Source: Macrostomum lignano
Taxonomy: Eukaryota
DNA length: 64,000 nt
Assembly: GCA_002269645.1 (NCBI GenBank)
Contig: NIVC01000223.1
Location: forward strand, 34,661 to 98,660
Direction of reading: 5' to 3'
Shown here: in pieces, positions 30,931 to 42,596 of the stretch
How the letters are laid out: each line of letters starts with the position of its first letter
Numbering within the stretch: position 1 is the stretch's first letter
Position numbers and translations under genes: made by a program
Notes under the pieces: generated by a model
Told to the model about the DNA's origin: nothing
The model's input: only the letters and a program-made list of their open reading frames with translations
Databases searched by the model: none

Positions 30931-31298
30931 CCAGCAGAAGTAGTGGTTTGTTTTGCAATTACTTTAATAGCACAATCAGCTTCCCATTCTATTGAAATGA
31001 TGAAGGATTAAATTTTGAAGGAAGTATTTAAAATGTCTATGGCCAGAAGCTATGCTTGCAGTTCCAATAGAAGCTGACAATAAATATTAGTATTAACTTA
31101 AATTAACCTGCTATGCTATACGAAGTAAAAAAATTCCTTGAGATCCGTTTCGTGACCGGAAATGACAAAGTTAGACGGTTCAATGGTCAGTCGGGAGAGC
31201 TGCTGAAGCGCTACATACTACTGTCATCCGCGCGATGCCATGGTTGCACAAGTCGAAGAAATCCAGCAAAGCCGGCAGTTTCGGCGACTGTCCCGCAG

Positions 31299-31526
31299 CG
31301 GGCAAGAGCGGCAAAGTGCCGCAGGCGGCGTCGCCTCAGCAGCAGCTTCATCAGCCAGCTGCTTCTCACGATGAGCTCCAGGCAGCGCTGCACAGCGTGC
31401 TGGAGGCGCTGCGGAACCTCACCGAGAAGCAACGGCAGGGGCCGCCAGCGTCGCCACCTCAGCATCAGCCAGAAGCTCCTCAGCGTCACCACAGGAGCTC
31501 CCAGGAGAAGAAGCTCGCAGATAAAA

Positions 31527-31557
<31 letters not shown>

Positions 31558-33058
31558 GCCGGAGCCCCCGCCAATTTCTGGCGAGACATTTCGCAACCTG
31601 CAGAACTACTTCAGCCGCATCAGCAGCCGAGGCCGGAGCTCCACCGAGGCTGCCGTCGCCGTCTCCATTGAGGAGAGCGGCACGACCTTCGGCACCGACC
31701 AGCTCGACCCGCCCAGCTCCGCCAGCCGGTTGCGCCGCCGGAACTTCCGCCCGACGCGTCGGCAGCTGCTGCCACCGGAGGCCGACATCGTCAGCGGCCT
31801 CACCAGCGAGGACCTGCAGGCGTCGGACGCCAGTGGCGATGGCGACAAGGACGAAACCGCAGCCGATGACGCCACCGAGCGCCATGACGGCTCGCCAACG
31901 CGCCGATGCTTCCGGGGCGAGCTGGTCGAAGCTGACGTCACTCCGGAGCGAGCCAGGTCCATCAGGAGCCCGCAGCCGCCGACCCTGACAGCCCTCGGTT
32001 GCATCGTTGTGACTCACTGCGGCTGCCCATCACAGCAGGCCGCAGCGATCCTGCTGATCCGCCAGGAGCCTTCGGTCTGTCGGCCGCCAGCCAGAGCCCC
32101 GAACCAGCAGCTGCCGCAGTGCGATGAGCAGCACAGGTGCAGCACCAAGAGCCTGCTCATCCGGGATGCAGTGCCAGAGGCGCTGAAGCCTCCAACTGAG
32201 CCGAGCGTTGCTGAAGCTGCTGAGAAGTCGGCGGACTGCGGCGTCGCTCCCTGCAGCACAGCTTTGAACACCTGCGCTGACGGAGACTCAATTAGCAAGA
32301 CCGGCACCGGCTGCTCGACTGAGGCTGCTGGTGAGGATGGCGAGGCCGACAGCAGCGGGAGCGAAGGGGAAGAGGGAGGCAGTGAAACTGAAACCGATGC
32401 TGGCAGCGCAGTGAACGGAAACACCGGTGCCTGGACGGGCTGCCGTGAGGCTGGCAATACAGTCGGTGCCAACGGAAACACCGGTGCCTGGACGGGCTGC
32501 CGTGAGGCTGGCAATACAGTCGGTGCCAACGGAAACACCGGTGCCTGGATGGGCTGCCGTGAGGCTGGCAATACAGTCGGTGCTAACGGAAACAACGGTG
32601 CCTGGATTGGCTGCCGCGCTGGCGGACCTCAGAACCCGCTGCAGGTGCACAGCGTGATCGAGTCAAAGCTCCTGGAGAGCGCCTGCGAGTCGTTTCCACC
32701 GGCCGAGGCGGAGCTGGCGGCCCCGAGCAGCTCGAACGCGGTGGACTCGGAGCTGCCGCGATTCGGCAAAGTCGAGCTGCCGCCGGAGCTGCCCAGAACC
32801 GCTGAGCTGGGCTGCAACTCCAGCGGCAGCGCGAGCAGCGCCACGACGCTCGAGGTGCTGGACAACGGCAACGATGACTGCGACACCGAGGCTGGAGAGG
32901 GCGGCTCCTGCTGCACTTTCGACCCCGGCAAGAGCTCCGGGTTCGCTCAGCTGCTGCTCACCCTGGACCGAGCGCAGCGCCGTCTCGAAGGTCTGGCGCC
33001 GTCCGCTGTGCCGCCTCTGTCTGGAGACTCGGCGGAGCCGCCCGTTGCGCCTGCGGCT

Positions 33059-33099
<41 letters not shown>

Positions 33100-33316
33100 T
33101 CTGTACAAGCAGCGCGCGTCGGTGCAGACGCTGAACCAGATGCTGCAGCGCTCGCCTTTCGTCTGCCGTGGGCGCGACAGATCGCCATCGACGGATGAAA
33201 CCCAGCATCATCATCATCATCAGCAGCAGCAGCATCAGCAGCAGCAGCATCAGCAGCATCAGCATCAGCAGCAGCAGCAGCAGCAGCAGCAGCATCAGCA
33301 GCAGCATCAGCAGCAT

Positions 33317-33367
<51 letters not shown>

Positions 33368-33397
33368 CAGCAGCAGCATCAGCAGCATCAGCAGCAT

Positions 33398-33470
<73 letters not shown>

Positions 33471-33706
33471 CATGGCAACCCGTTCAACGACAGTCTCCAA
33501 CTGCCTGGCAGCAGAGCTCCTGGACATTGCACCAGCAGTTGGCTTGTCAGCCACAGCTCAGCGACCTGAACCAGAGCAACCCGCAGTCAGACAAGCTCAT
33601 TGTCACTACAGCCACGTCCCTGATGACGCTGACACAGAGTCTGCAGCGCTGTGTGCTCCAGATTGAAGCAGCCGTGAGCAGGCTGAATGGCAATAGCATC
33701 AGCTGA
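31299..33706 (+). CDS. Large terminal exon encoding a disordered polyQ/His-rich protein (ORF 31235-33706, 823 aa); about 911 aa if spliced to the 27819/28275 exons
   Basis: Long GC-rich ORF with non-repetitive segments and short amphipathic helices. Acceptor TCCCGCAG|CG at 31299 is phase 1, matching donor 28561. An independent ATG at 31235 (MPWLHKSKK) is also possible. No recognisable folded domain. Confidence 0.7.
32414..32618 (+). repeat. Coding 57-bp tandem repeat (NGNTGAWTGCREAGNTVGA x about 3.5)
   Basis: In frame within ORF 31235-33706. Confidence 0.9.
33203..33469 (+). repeat. Coding (CAG/CAT)n tract, 89 codons of Gln/His
   Basis: Direct inspection; a shorter Q13 run lies near 33058-33096. 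Confidence 0.95.
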
Positions 33707-34082
33707 GTGAAGCTTACAGATATTCTCATCAAGGTAAACTCAACAGGTGACCCTGCCTGATATTGATGAGCTGTGATGAAGCCTTGGCAACAGCCCATGC
33801 TTATTTTCCATAACCTCGCTTTTGAGGAAATTTTCATGTCAAGAATGTCAAAACGCATGCAACTACTTACAAGTAGCCAATTGTTGCCACTCAACTGCAG
33901 TTGTTTTTGCATTAATACAAAACTTATGCTCTTAAGATGTCGCGTATTCGCAGTGCCAGACAACATCAGAGTGTACTCAGATTCAGTACAAGTAATACAC
34001 TTGAGTTTGTGCGTTGGTACAGCCTCCATCTGTGTGCCTAGTATTAGAAATACCTAATATTTATGTTCTTATACTTAATAGA

Positions 34083-35225
34083 ATCTGAGGGTGTAACTTC
34101 AGGCCCCTCAAGGATCTGAGGGTGCAGCTTCAGGCCCCTGAAGGATCTGAGGGTGCAGCTTCAGGCCATGAAGGATCTGAGGGTGTAGCTTCAGGCCCCT
34201 GAAGGATCTGGAAGTGTAGCTTTAGGCCCCTGAAGGATCTGAGGGTGCAGCTTCAGGCCCCTAAAGGATCTCAGGGTGCAGCTTCAGGCGCCTGAAGGAT
34301 CTGAGGGTGTAGCTTCAGGCCTCTGAAGGATCTGAGGGTGCAGTTTCAGGCCCCTGAAGGATCTGAGGGTGTAGCTTCAGGCCCTGAAGGATCTGTGTGT
34401 AGCTTCAGGCCCCTGAAGGATCTGATAGTGCAGCTTCAGGCCCCTGAAGGATCTGAGGGTGTAGCTTCAGGCCCTGAAGGATCTGAGGGTGTAGCTTCAG
34501 GCCCCTGAAGGATCTGGAAGTGTAGCTTTAGGCCCCTGAAGGATCTGAGGGTGCAGCTTCAGGCCCCTAAAGGATCTCAGGGTGCAGCTTCAGGCCCCTG
34601 AAGGATCTGATAGTGCAGCTTCAGGCCCCTGAAGGATCTGAGGGTGTAGCTTCAGGCCCTGAAGGATCTGAGGGTGTAGCTTCAGGCCCCTGAAGGATCT
34701 GGAAGTGTAGCTTTAGGCCCCTGAAGGATCTGAGGGTGCAGCTTCAGGCCCCTAAAGGATCTCAGGGTGCAGCTTCAGGCCCCTGAAGGATCTGATAGTG
34801 CAGTTTCAGGCCCCTGAAGGATCTGAGGGTGTAGCTTCAGGCCCTGAAGGATCTGTGTGTAGCTTCAGGCCCCTGAAGGATCTGATAGTGCAGCTTCAGG
34901 CCCCTGAAGGATCTGAGGGTGTAGCTTCAGGCCCTGAAGGATCTGATGGTGTAGCTTCAGGCCCCTGAAGGATCTGGAAGTGTAGCTTTAGGCCCCTGAA
35001 GGATCTGAGGGTGCAGCTTCAGGCCCCTAAAGGATCTCAGGGTGCAGCTTCAGGCCCCTGAAGGATCTGATAGTGCAGCTTCAGGCCCCTGAAGGATTTG
35101 AGGATGCAGCTTCAGGCCCTGAAGCATCTGAGGGTGCAGCTTCAGGCCCCTGAAAGATTTGAGGGTGCAGCTTCAGGCCCCTGAAGGATTTGAGAGTGTA
35201 TAGCTTCAGGCCCCTAAAGGATCCG
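34083..35225. repeat. 31-bp minisatellite GAAGGATCTGAGGGTGCAGCTTCAGGCCCCT with an internal palindrome
   Basis: CTTCAGG-CC-CCTGAAG spans each unit junction. Confidence 0.96.
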
Positions 35226-35414
35226 AAAGCATAGCGGAACAAAGACTTAAATCGTTTCAACAAAGATTTATTCCCCAACAAATTGCGAATTCCGTAAGTG
35301 CATTTGTACTTTAATATATTTTACTGAAGGATAAGATACGGCATAGCAAAAAACTAAGAAAAATAGAATACATGTCCGTAGATAGCTACTTTTATTGTTT
35401 TTTTAAGTAGCGTT

Positions 35415-38400
35415 TCAGAAATCTTCCCCCTTCAGGGAGGCAGATGTTGGTCGTTCGTCCGCAGCTTCTTGATTGTCTTCATCACTCATCTCGACCTTCC
35501 CTCTGCCTCTGCCATCAAGCTTCAAGTTCGCAGTCTTATTTTCTATTCTGTCCTCTTCATTTATGTCGTCCATAACCCGGCCACGGACACTTTTGTCCGG
35601 CTCAGTCACCGAGCTCTTCAGAAACTGAAAGGCTGCGACACCGGTCAGAGCCTGGGGTGATTTTATCGTGGCGTTAAGAGACTGCTTTGAGAACAAATAA
35701 CAACTTCTCAAAATTTAACAGTAATCATCTCTAGTGTCGCTTTTAATACCTACTTCAGTTTTACTCTCAATCTCAGTCTCAGTCTGAATCTCAGTTTCAA
35801 TCTCAATCTCAATCTCAATCTCAGTCTTCAATCTCAGTCTCAATCTCAATCTCAATCTCAATCTCAGTCTCAGTCTCAATCTCAGTCTCAATCTCAATCT
35901 CAATCTCAGTCTCAGTCTCAATCTCAATCTCAGTCTCAATCTCAGTCTCAATCTCAATCTTAGTCTCAATCTCAATCTCAATCTCAATCTCAGTCTCAGT
36001 CTCAGTCTCAATCTCAGTTTTAGTCTCAATCTCAGTCTCAATCTCAGTCTCAGTCTCAATCTCAGTCTCAGTCTCAATCTCAGTCTCAATCTCTGTCTCA
36101 ATCTCAATCTCAGTCTCAGTCTCAATCTCAGTCTCAACCGTGTACGAGTACATTGGCGTCAAATTGAGATGAGACTTGAAATTGAGACTTTTTTACAATA
36201 TTCCTGTGATCTTCCCTCAGTCTCACAAAAACTCATCAGACCAGTCTGTTATAACTTATTATTAATGCTGTTTCCAGACCTAAAAAGTACAGATGAGGCC
36301 AGACTCACATAAACCAGAATCACTGCGGCGTGAGCTCCACTGTAAATGTACAGCAGGGTTCGCATCCTCTTCGTGACCAGATCTAGGCAGTCCTAAAATT
36401 TAACAGGCTACTGTAACACTACAACAGGCTACTGTAACACTACAACAGGCTACCGTAACACTTTCTATAACAGGCTACTGTAACACTTTCTATAACAGGC
36501 TACTGTAACACTTTCTATAACAGGCTACTGTAACACTTTCTATAACAGGCTACTGTGACACTATCTATAACAGGCTACTGTAACACTATCTATAACAGGC
36601 TACTGTAACACTATTTATAACAGGCTACTGTAAAACTATCTATAACAGGCTACTGTAAAACTATATATAACAGGCTACTGTAACACTTTCTATAACAGGC
36701 TACTGTGACACTATCTATAACAGGCTACTGTAACACTATCTATAACAGGCTACTGTAACACTATTTATAACAGGCTACTGTAAAACTATCTATAACAGGC
36801 TACTGTAACACTATCTATAACAGGCTACTATAACACTATCTATAACAGGCTACTGTAACACTATTTATAACAGGCTACTGTAACACTATCTATAACAGGC
36901 TACTATAACACTATCTATAACAGGCTACTGTAACACTATCTATAACAGGCTACTATAACACTATCTATAACAGGCTACTGTAACACTATCTATAACAGGC
37001 TACTGTAACACTATCTATAACAGGCTACTGTAACAGTATCTATAACAGGCTACTGTAACGTTATCCATAACAGGCTACTGTAACACTATCTATAACAGGC
37101 TACTGTAACGCTATCCATAACAGGCTACTGTAACACTATCTATAACAGGCTACTGTAACGCTATCCATAACAGGCTACTGTAACACTATCTATAACAGGC
37201 TGCTATAACACTATCTATAACAAGCTACTATAACACTATCCATAACAGGCTACTGTAACACTATCTATAACAGGCTACTGTAACGCTATCCATAACAGGC
37301 TACTGTAACACTATCTATAACAGGCTGCTATAACACTATCTATAACAAGCTACTATAACACTATCTATAACAGGCTACTGTAACGCTATCCATAACAGGC
37401 TACTGTAACACTATCTATAACAGGCTGCAGAGCAGTGTTACAGGCCATTAACCTGAGCATGAATGGCGCCCCGTTTCCGGGCCTTCTCCATATTGTAGAT
37501 GCCAGCGCAGTAGCCAGTCGCACTGGGGGCACTGATCAGTGTACCCTTGCCCCTGTGACCGCTTGGTGGTTGCACAGCGGTGCAGCAATGAACTGGTAGC
37601 AGAATTCGCTCAGATTTTCTATTAACATGATCTAACTTCAGCTGGCCAACTACTTCGTGCATTTTTAATAGCTGTCTGTGCCAGGTTGAGTGCTTGAACA
37701 GGTTGTCGGAGTGATCTGCTCCAGCCCAGTTGCAGCATAGCTCCTGTAGGTATTTTTACGGAGGTATCTAAGGTAAACAAACATTGCTAGGGGAATAAAA
37801 ACTACCGTTTCTAAGGTGAGCATTAGTTGATAGGGGAATTAAAAAGCTCGCGTATCTGAGGTTAACATTCGTTGCTAGGAAATTAAAAACTGCACGTTTC
37901 TAGTGTAGAAATCCGTTGATAGGGAATTAAAAGCTGCCCGTATCTAAGGTTAACATTCGTTGCTAGGGAATTAAAAGCTGCCCGTATCTAAGGTTAACAT
38001 TCGTTACTAGGTAACTGAAAACTGCCCGTATCTAAGGTTAACATTCGTTACTAGGGAATTAAAAGCTGCCCGTATCTAAGGTTAACATTCGTTGCTAGGT
38101 AACTGAAAACTGCCCGTATCTAAGGTTAACATTCGTTGCTAGGTAACTGAAAACTGCCCGTATCTAAGGTTAACGTTCGTTACTAGGTAACTGAAAACTG
38201 CCCGTATCTAAGGTTAACATTCGTTACTAGGGAATTAAAAGCTGCCCGTATCTAAGGTTAACATTCGTTACTAGGGAATTAAAAGCTGCCCGTATCTAAG
38301 GTTAACATTCGTTACTAGGGAATTAAAAGCTGCCCGTATCTAAGGTTAACATTCGTTGCTAGGTAACTGAAAACTGCCCGTATCTAAGGTTAACATTCGT

Positions 38401-39956
38401 TGCTAGGTAACTGAAAACTGCCCGTATCTAAGGTTAACGTTCGTTACTAGGTAACTGAAAACTGCCCGTATCTAAGGTTAACATTCGTTGCTAGGTAACT
38501 GAAAACTGCCCGTATCTAAGGTTAACGTTCGTTACTAGGTAACTGAAAACTGCCCGTATCTAAGGTTAACATTCGTTACTAGGGAATTAAAAGCTGCCCG
38601 TATCTAAGGTTAACATTCGTTACTAGGGAATTAAAAGCTGCCCGTATCTAAGGTTAACATTCGTTACTAGGGAATTAAAAGCTGCCCGTATCTAAGGTTA
38701 ACATTCGTTGCTAGGTAACGGAAAACTACCCGTATCTAAGGTTAACATTCGTTGCTAGGTAACTGAAAACTGCCCGTATCTAAGGATAACATCCGTTGCT
38801 AGGTAACGGAAAACTACCCGTATCTAAGGTTAACATTCGTTGCCAGGTAACTGAAAACTGCCCGTATCTAAGGGTAACATTCGTTACTTGGGAATAAAAA
38901 ACTGCCCGTATCTAAGGTAAAAATCCGTTGCTAGGGTAATTAAGAACTTCCCGTAGCTGATGATAAACATTCGTTGCTATAGGGAGGGTGGGTTAAACAC
39001 TACCCATATCTGATGTAAGCATTGATTACTAAGCTGACAACTAAAAATGATATTACTAATAAATCTAATATCAAAAGTTAGATGCTTGCAGCATGGCACC
39101 TTCTCGGCAAAGCTGTTAACCGCTTTGGTAAAACGGACACCCGTGGAGTTGGCGGTGCTGCCGTAGTAGTCCATGGCCTGCCGCATGGCGGTCTCGGTGA
39201 TTTCGTGAGTCCGAGTGCAGGAGATCAGCATTAGCGAAATGAGAAGTATTCGGCTGAGAAAGTCAATAGTGATGCCGATCAGAAGCTGGAAATATAAGGG
39301 AGATGCTTTTGGTCTGAACGGAATTAATGACAAATAGCTGCAGGCTCAGGTTAAATAGTTTGGTAGAGAGGAAGAGTGAGAGAGAGAGAGATGGAGAGGT
39401 GAGAAGGAGAGGAGGGAAAGGAAAAAGGGGAGAGGGAGAAAGAGGAATAGAGAGAGAGAGGGAGAGGAAGAGAGAGGGGTAAAGACGGAGAGAGAGGGGA
39501 GAAAGGGAGAGAGAGAGAGAGAGGGATAGATAGGGAGAGGGAAATAGATAGAGAGAGAGAGAGAGAGGGAGAGGAAGAGAGAGGGGTAAAGACGGAGAGA
39601 GAGGGGAGAAAGGGAGAGAGAGAGAGAGGGATAGATAGGGAGAGGGAAATAGATAGAGAGAGAGAGAGAGAGGGAGAGGAAGAGAGAGGGGTAAAGACGG
39701 AGAGAGAGGGGGAGAAAGGGAGAGAGAGAGAGAGGGATAGATAGGGAGAGGGAAATAGGTAGAGAGAGAGAGAGAGAGGGAGAGGGAGAGAGGGAGAGAG
39801 AGAGGGAGAGAGAGAGAGGGATAGATAGGGAGAGGGAAATAGGTAGAGAGAGAGAGAGAGAGAGAGGGGAGAGAGGGAGAGAGAGAGGAGAGAGAGAGAG
39901 AGAGGGAGAGAGAGGGAGAGAGAGGGAGAGAGAGGGGAGAAAGGGGAAGAGAGGGG

Positions 39957-39994
<38 letters not shown>

Positions 39995-40521
39995 GGAGAG
40001 AGAGGGAGAGAGAGGTAGAGATAGAAAGAGAGAAGAGAAGGTAAAGGGAGAGTAGGGAAGGAGAGTGGGAGTGAGGGAGGAGAAAGATGGAAGAGAGAAG
40101 AGGGAGAAATGGTGGGAGAAGGGGAGAGGCACAGAGATGGGGTAATGGAGAGAGAGACAGTGAAGCTAAGAAACAGCTGGGCATCAAAGCAGGTGCCCAG
40201 ATGTGCTAGAACAGCCGCAATGAATAGAATGAGAACCTTTCCCCCAGCCAGGTGACAGACCAGCGATATGACGAGCCTGCTGACCACACAGAAGCCAACA
40301 ATGCCGCAGACTCCCAGTAACAGTCCGAGTACGCCCAGAATTATTGAGAGCACGCTCTGAGAAAAACTCCTAGTCGATGTTGCCGCAGTGGTGAACTCTT
40401 TTGATTCGCGATTGAGCTTTAAAAAATTGACCAGATCGAATATTAACATGGCAGCTGCGATGACGATCAAAAGGAAGCTTAGAAATATCAGGGCTGCTCC
40501 AGATCGTTTTAGCGAGGCCAT
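35415..40521 (-). CDS. Divergent tetraspanin-like four-TM protein, 5 exons, about 352 aa
   Basis: Minus-strand exons 40521-40261, 39285-39100, 37743-37453, 36392-36309, 35651-35415 join in phase 0 (1059 nt). TM1 ALIFLSFLLIVIAAAMLIF, TM2 IILGVLGLLLGVCGIVGFC, TM3, large loop with CCNW...LPVHCC...GYC...QDC, TM4 LLYIYSGAHAAVILVYALTGVAAF, acidic tail. The exon 1 donor (GTCTGT) is weak. Confidence 0.8.
35765..36137. repeat. 6-bp TCTCAA/TCTCAG array (tetraspanin intron 4)
   Basis: Source of the RLRL / ETEI ORFs. Confidence 0.95.
36403..37428. repeat. 25-bp minisatellite ATAACAGGCTACTGTAACACTATCT (tetraspanin intron 3)
   Basis: Direct inspection. Confidence 0.97.
37780..38980. repeat. 44-bp minisatellite GTTAACATTCGTTACTAGGTAACTGAAAACTGCCCGTATCTAAG (tetraspanin intron 2)
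   Basis: CCCGTATC recurs at 37937, 37981, 38025 (44-bp spacing). Confidence 0.97.
39365..40130. repeat. GA-rich low-complexity array (tetraspanin intron 1)
   Basis: Direct inspection. Confidence 0.92.
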
Positions 40522-40744
40522 TCGTGTTCTGTGTTTTCCAGTTAGTTGTTATAAAAAAGGAAGAATAGTCACAATCAATACACAAGTAGTATTGACTTTT
40601 TTAAAATATTCAGCTAGTCCGGACACGGGTTCTGTTCATAGACATCGATTTAGTACCCTTTTTAGTCCAGATGCTGGGTGCTTTGGTGCCCTTGCGTCTT
40701 AAGTCAAATCGTTTTTCTGAAAAAAACTAATTAATAAGCTAATA

Positions 40745-41455
40745 TGCACAAGCCTTCCCCTGAACTCTATCTCTCTGCCCCCCAATGTACACATATCCCC
40801 AATAATATCACCAATAATTTTTACCCCTTTGCCCCAGTGTACACAAGCCTTTCCCTAAACTCTATCCCTCTTCCCCCAATGTACACATATCCCCCAGAGC
40901 TTTTACCCCTCTGCCCTTATATGTACACAACAAGCCTTCCCGCAAACTCTATCACTCTGCCCCCAATGTACACATATCCCCCAGAGCTTTTACCCCTCTG
41001 CCCTTATATGTACACAACAAGCCTTCCCGCAAACTCTATCACTCTGCCCCCAATGTACACATATCCCCCAGAGCTTTTACCCCTCTGCCCTTATATGTAC
41101 ACAACAAGCCTTCCCGCAAACTCTATCACTCTGCCCCCAATGTACACATATCCCCCAGAGCTTTTACCCCTCTGCCCTTATATGTACACAACAAGCCTTC
41201 CCGCAAACTCTATCACTCTGCCCCAATGTACACATATCCCCCAGAGCTTTTACCCCTCTGCCCTTATATGTACACAACAAGCCTTCCCGCAAACTCTATC
41301 ACTCTGCCCCCAATGTACACATATCCCCCAGAGCTTTTACCCCTCTGCCCTTATATGTACACAACAAGCCTTCCCGCAAACTCTATCACTCTGCCCCCAA
41401 TGTACACATATCCCCCAGAGCTTTTACCCCTCTGCCCTTATATGTACACAAGCCT
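40745..41455. repeat. 87-bp tandem repeat made of 42+45 bp half-units, each starting ATGTACACA
   Basis: 29-aa periodicity in ORF 40744-41490. Confidence 0.95.
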
Positions 41456-41521
41456 TACCCGAATCAAAATCTAGGAAAAGAAAAATCTAAGAACTAATCC
41501 AACCGATGAATTTACTCGCAG

Positions 41522-42078
41522 GGTATCGCAGCCTGCCTACGGAGCAGTCCAGCCACAGCGCGCCGGCACAAAAACAATCGACTGAAACTCGAGGAGGTAG
41601 AGCCGGTGGAGGCGGCGGTAGCGTCGCTTTCAGCTGGCGCTCCAGCCGCGATGAAGCTGATCTAATGGAGAATATCGCCGAGCTCGACTCGTTGCTATCC
41701 GACAGCTCGAAGAAGCTGTCAGAGAAACCAGACGGTGTGGATGGCAGCATCGAGTCTGCAGCCGCCGAGATGCCTCCGGTCTTTTCGCCTGTTGAACTCC
41801 GAGAAGGCGACGGAGCGGCAACTTCGACATCCGGCGTGCACCGGGGCGGCAAGTTTCGCTGGTCATCGTTCGCGCGCTGCCACCGACCGAGTCTGCAGCT
41901 GCGGGACTCGCAGATTGCCGCGCTGACCGCGCCGCAGATGCAGGAAGCTCGCGGGGCGGCGTTTATGGAGCTCAATAGGATTGTTAGGGAGCACTGCCCG
42001 CCCAGCAAGTCGCTGCTGACTTGGTGAGGCGCGGGCGATCCCCATTCTTATATTAGAGCCTCACATTAAATTCTCTGA

Positions 42079-42117
<39 letters not shown>

Positions 42118-42179
42118 TAACCAATCAGAAATAAATAAATCAATCAATCAATCAATCAGTAATCAATCAATCAATCAAT

Positions 42180-42227
<48 letters not shown>

Positions 42228-42305
42228 AAATTAACCAATCAGAAATAAATAAATAAATAAATAAATCAATCAGTAATCAATCAATCAATCAACCAACCAA
42301 TCAAT

Positions 42306-42388
<83 letters not shown>

Positions 42389-42465
42389 ATCAATCAGTAA
42401 TCAATCAATCAATTAATTAATCAATCAATCAATCAACCAACCAATCAATCAATCAACCAATCAAC

Positions 42466-42496
<31 letters not shown>

Positions 42497-42557
42497 CCAA
42501 TCAACCAACCAACCAACCAACCAATCAATCAATCAATCAATCAACCAATCAACCAAC

Positions 42558-42596
<39 letters not shown>

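Noticed and set aside
31211-33554. Antisense and alternate-frame ORFs over GC-rich exons (also 11029-11861, 41487-42045, 51340-52230)
   Set aside because: Shadow ORFs expected from GC-rich codon usage and CAG repeats; no independent motifs.
34083-35225. CRISPR-like appearance of the 31-bp palindromic repeat (also the 38, 41 and 44-bp arrays)
   Set aside because: Units are head-to-tail with no unique spacers, there are no cas genes, and the context is eukaryotic with spliceosomal introns.
39070-39099. VPCCKH read-through as the tetraspanin CC motif
   Set aside because: It lies after the AAG|GTGCCA donor, and the frame degrades into AT-rich sequence. The next exon supplies ELCCNW and the remaining cysteines in frame.
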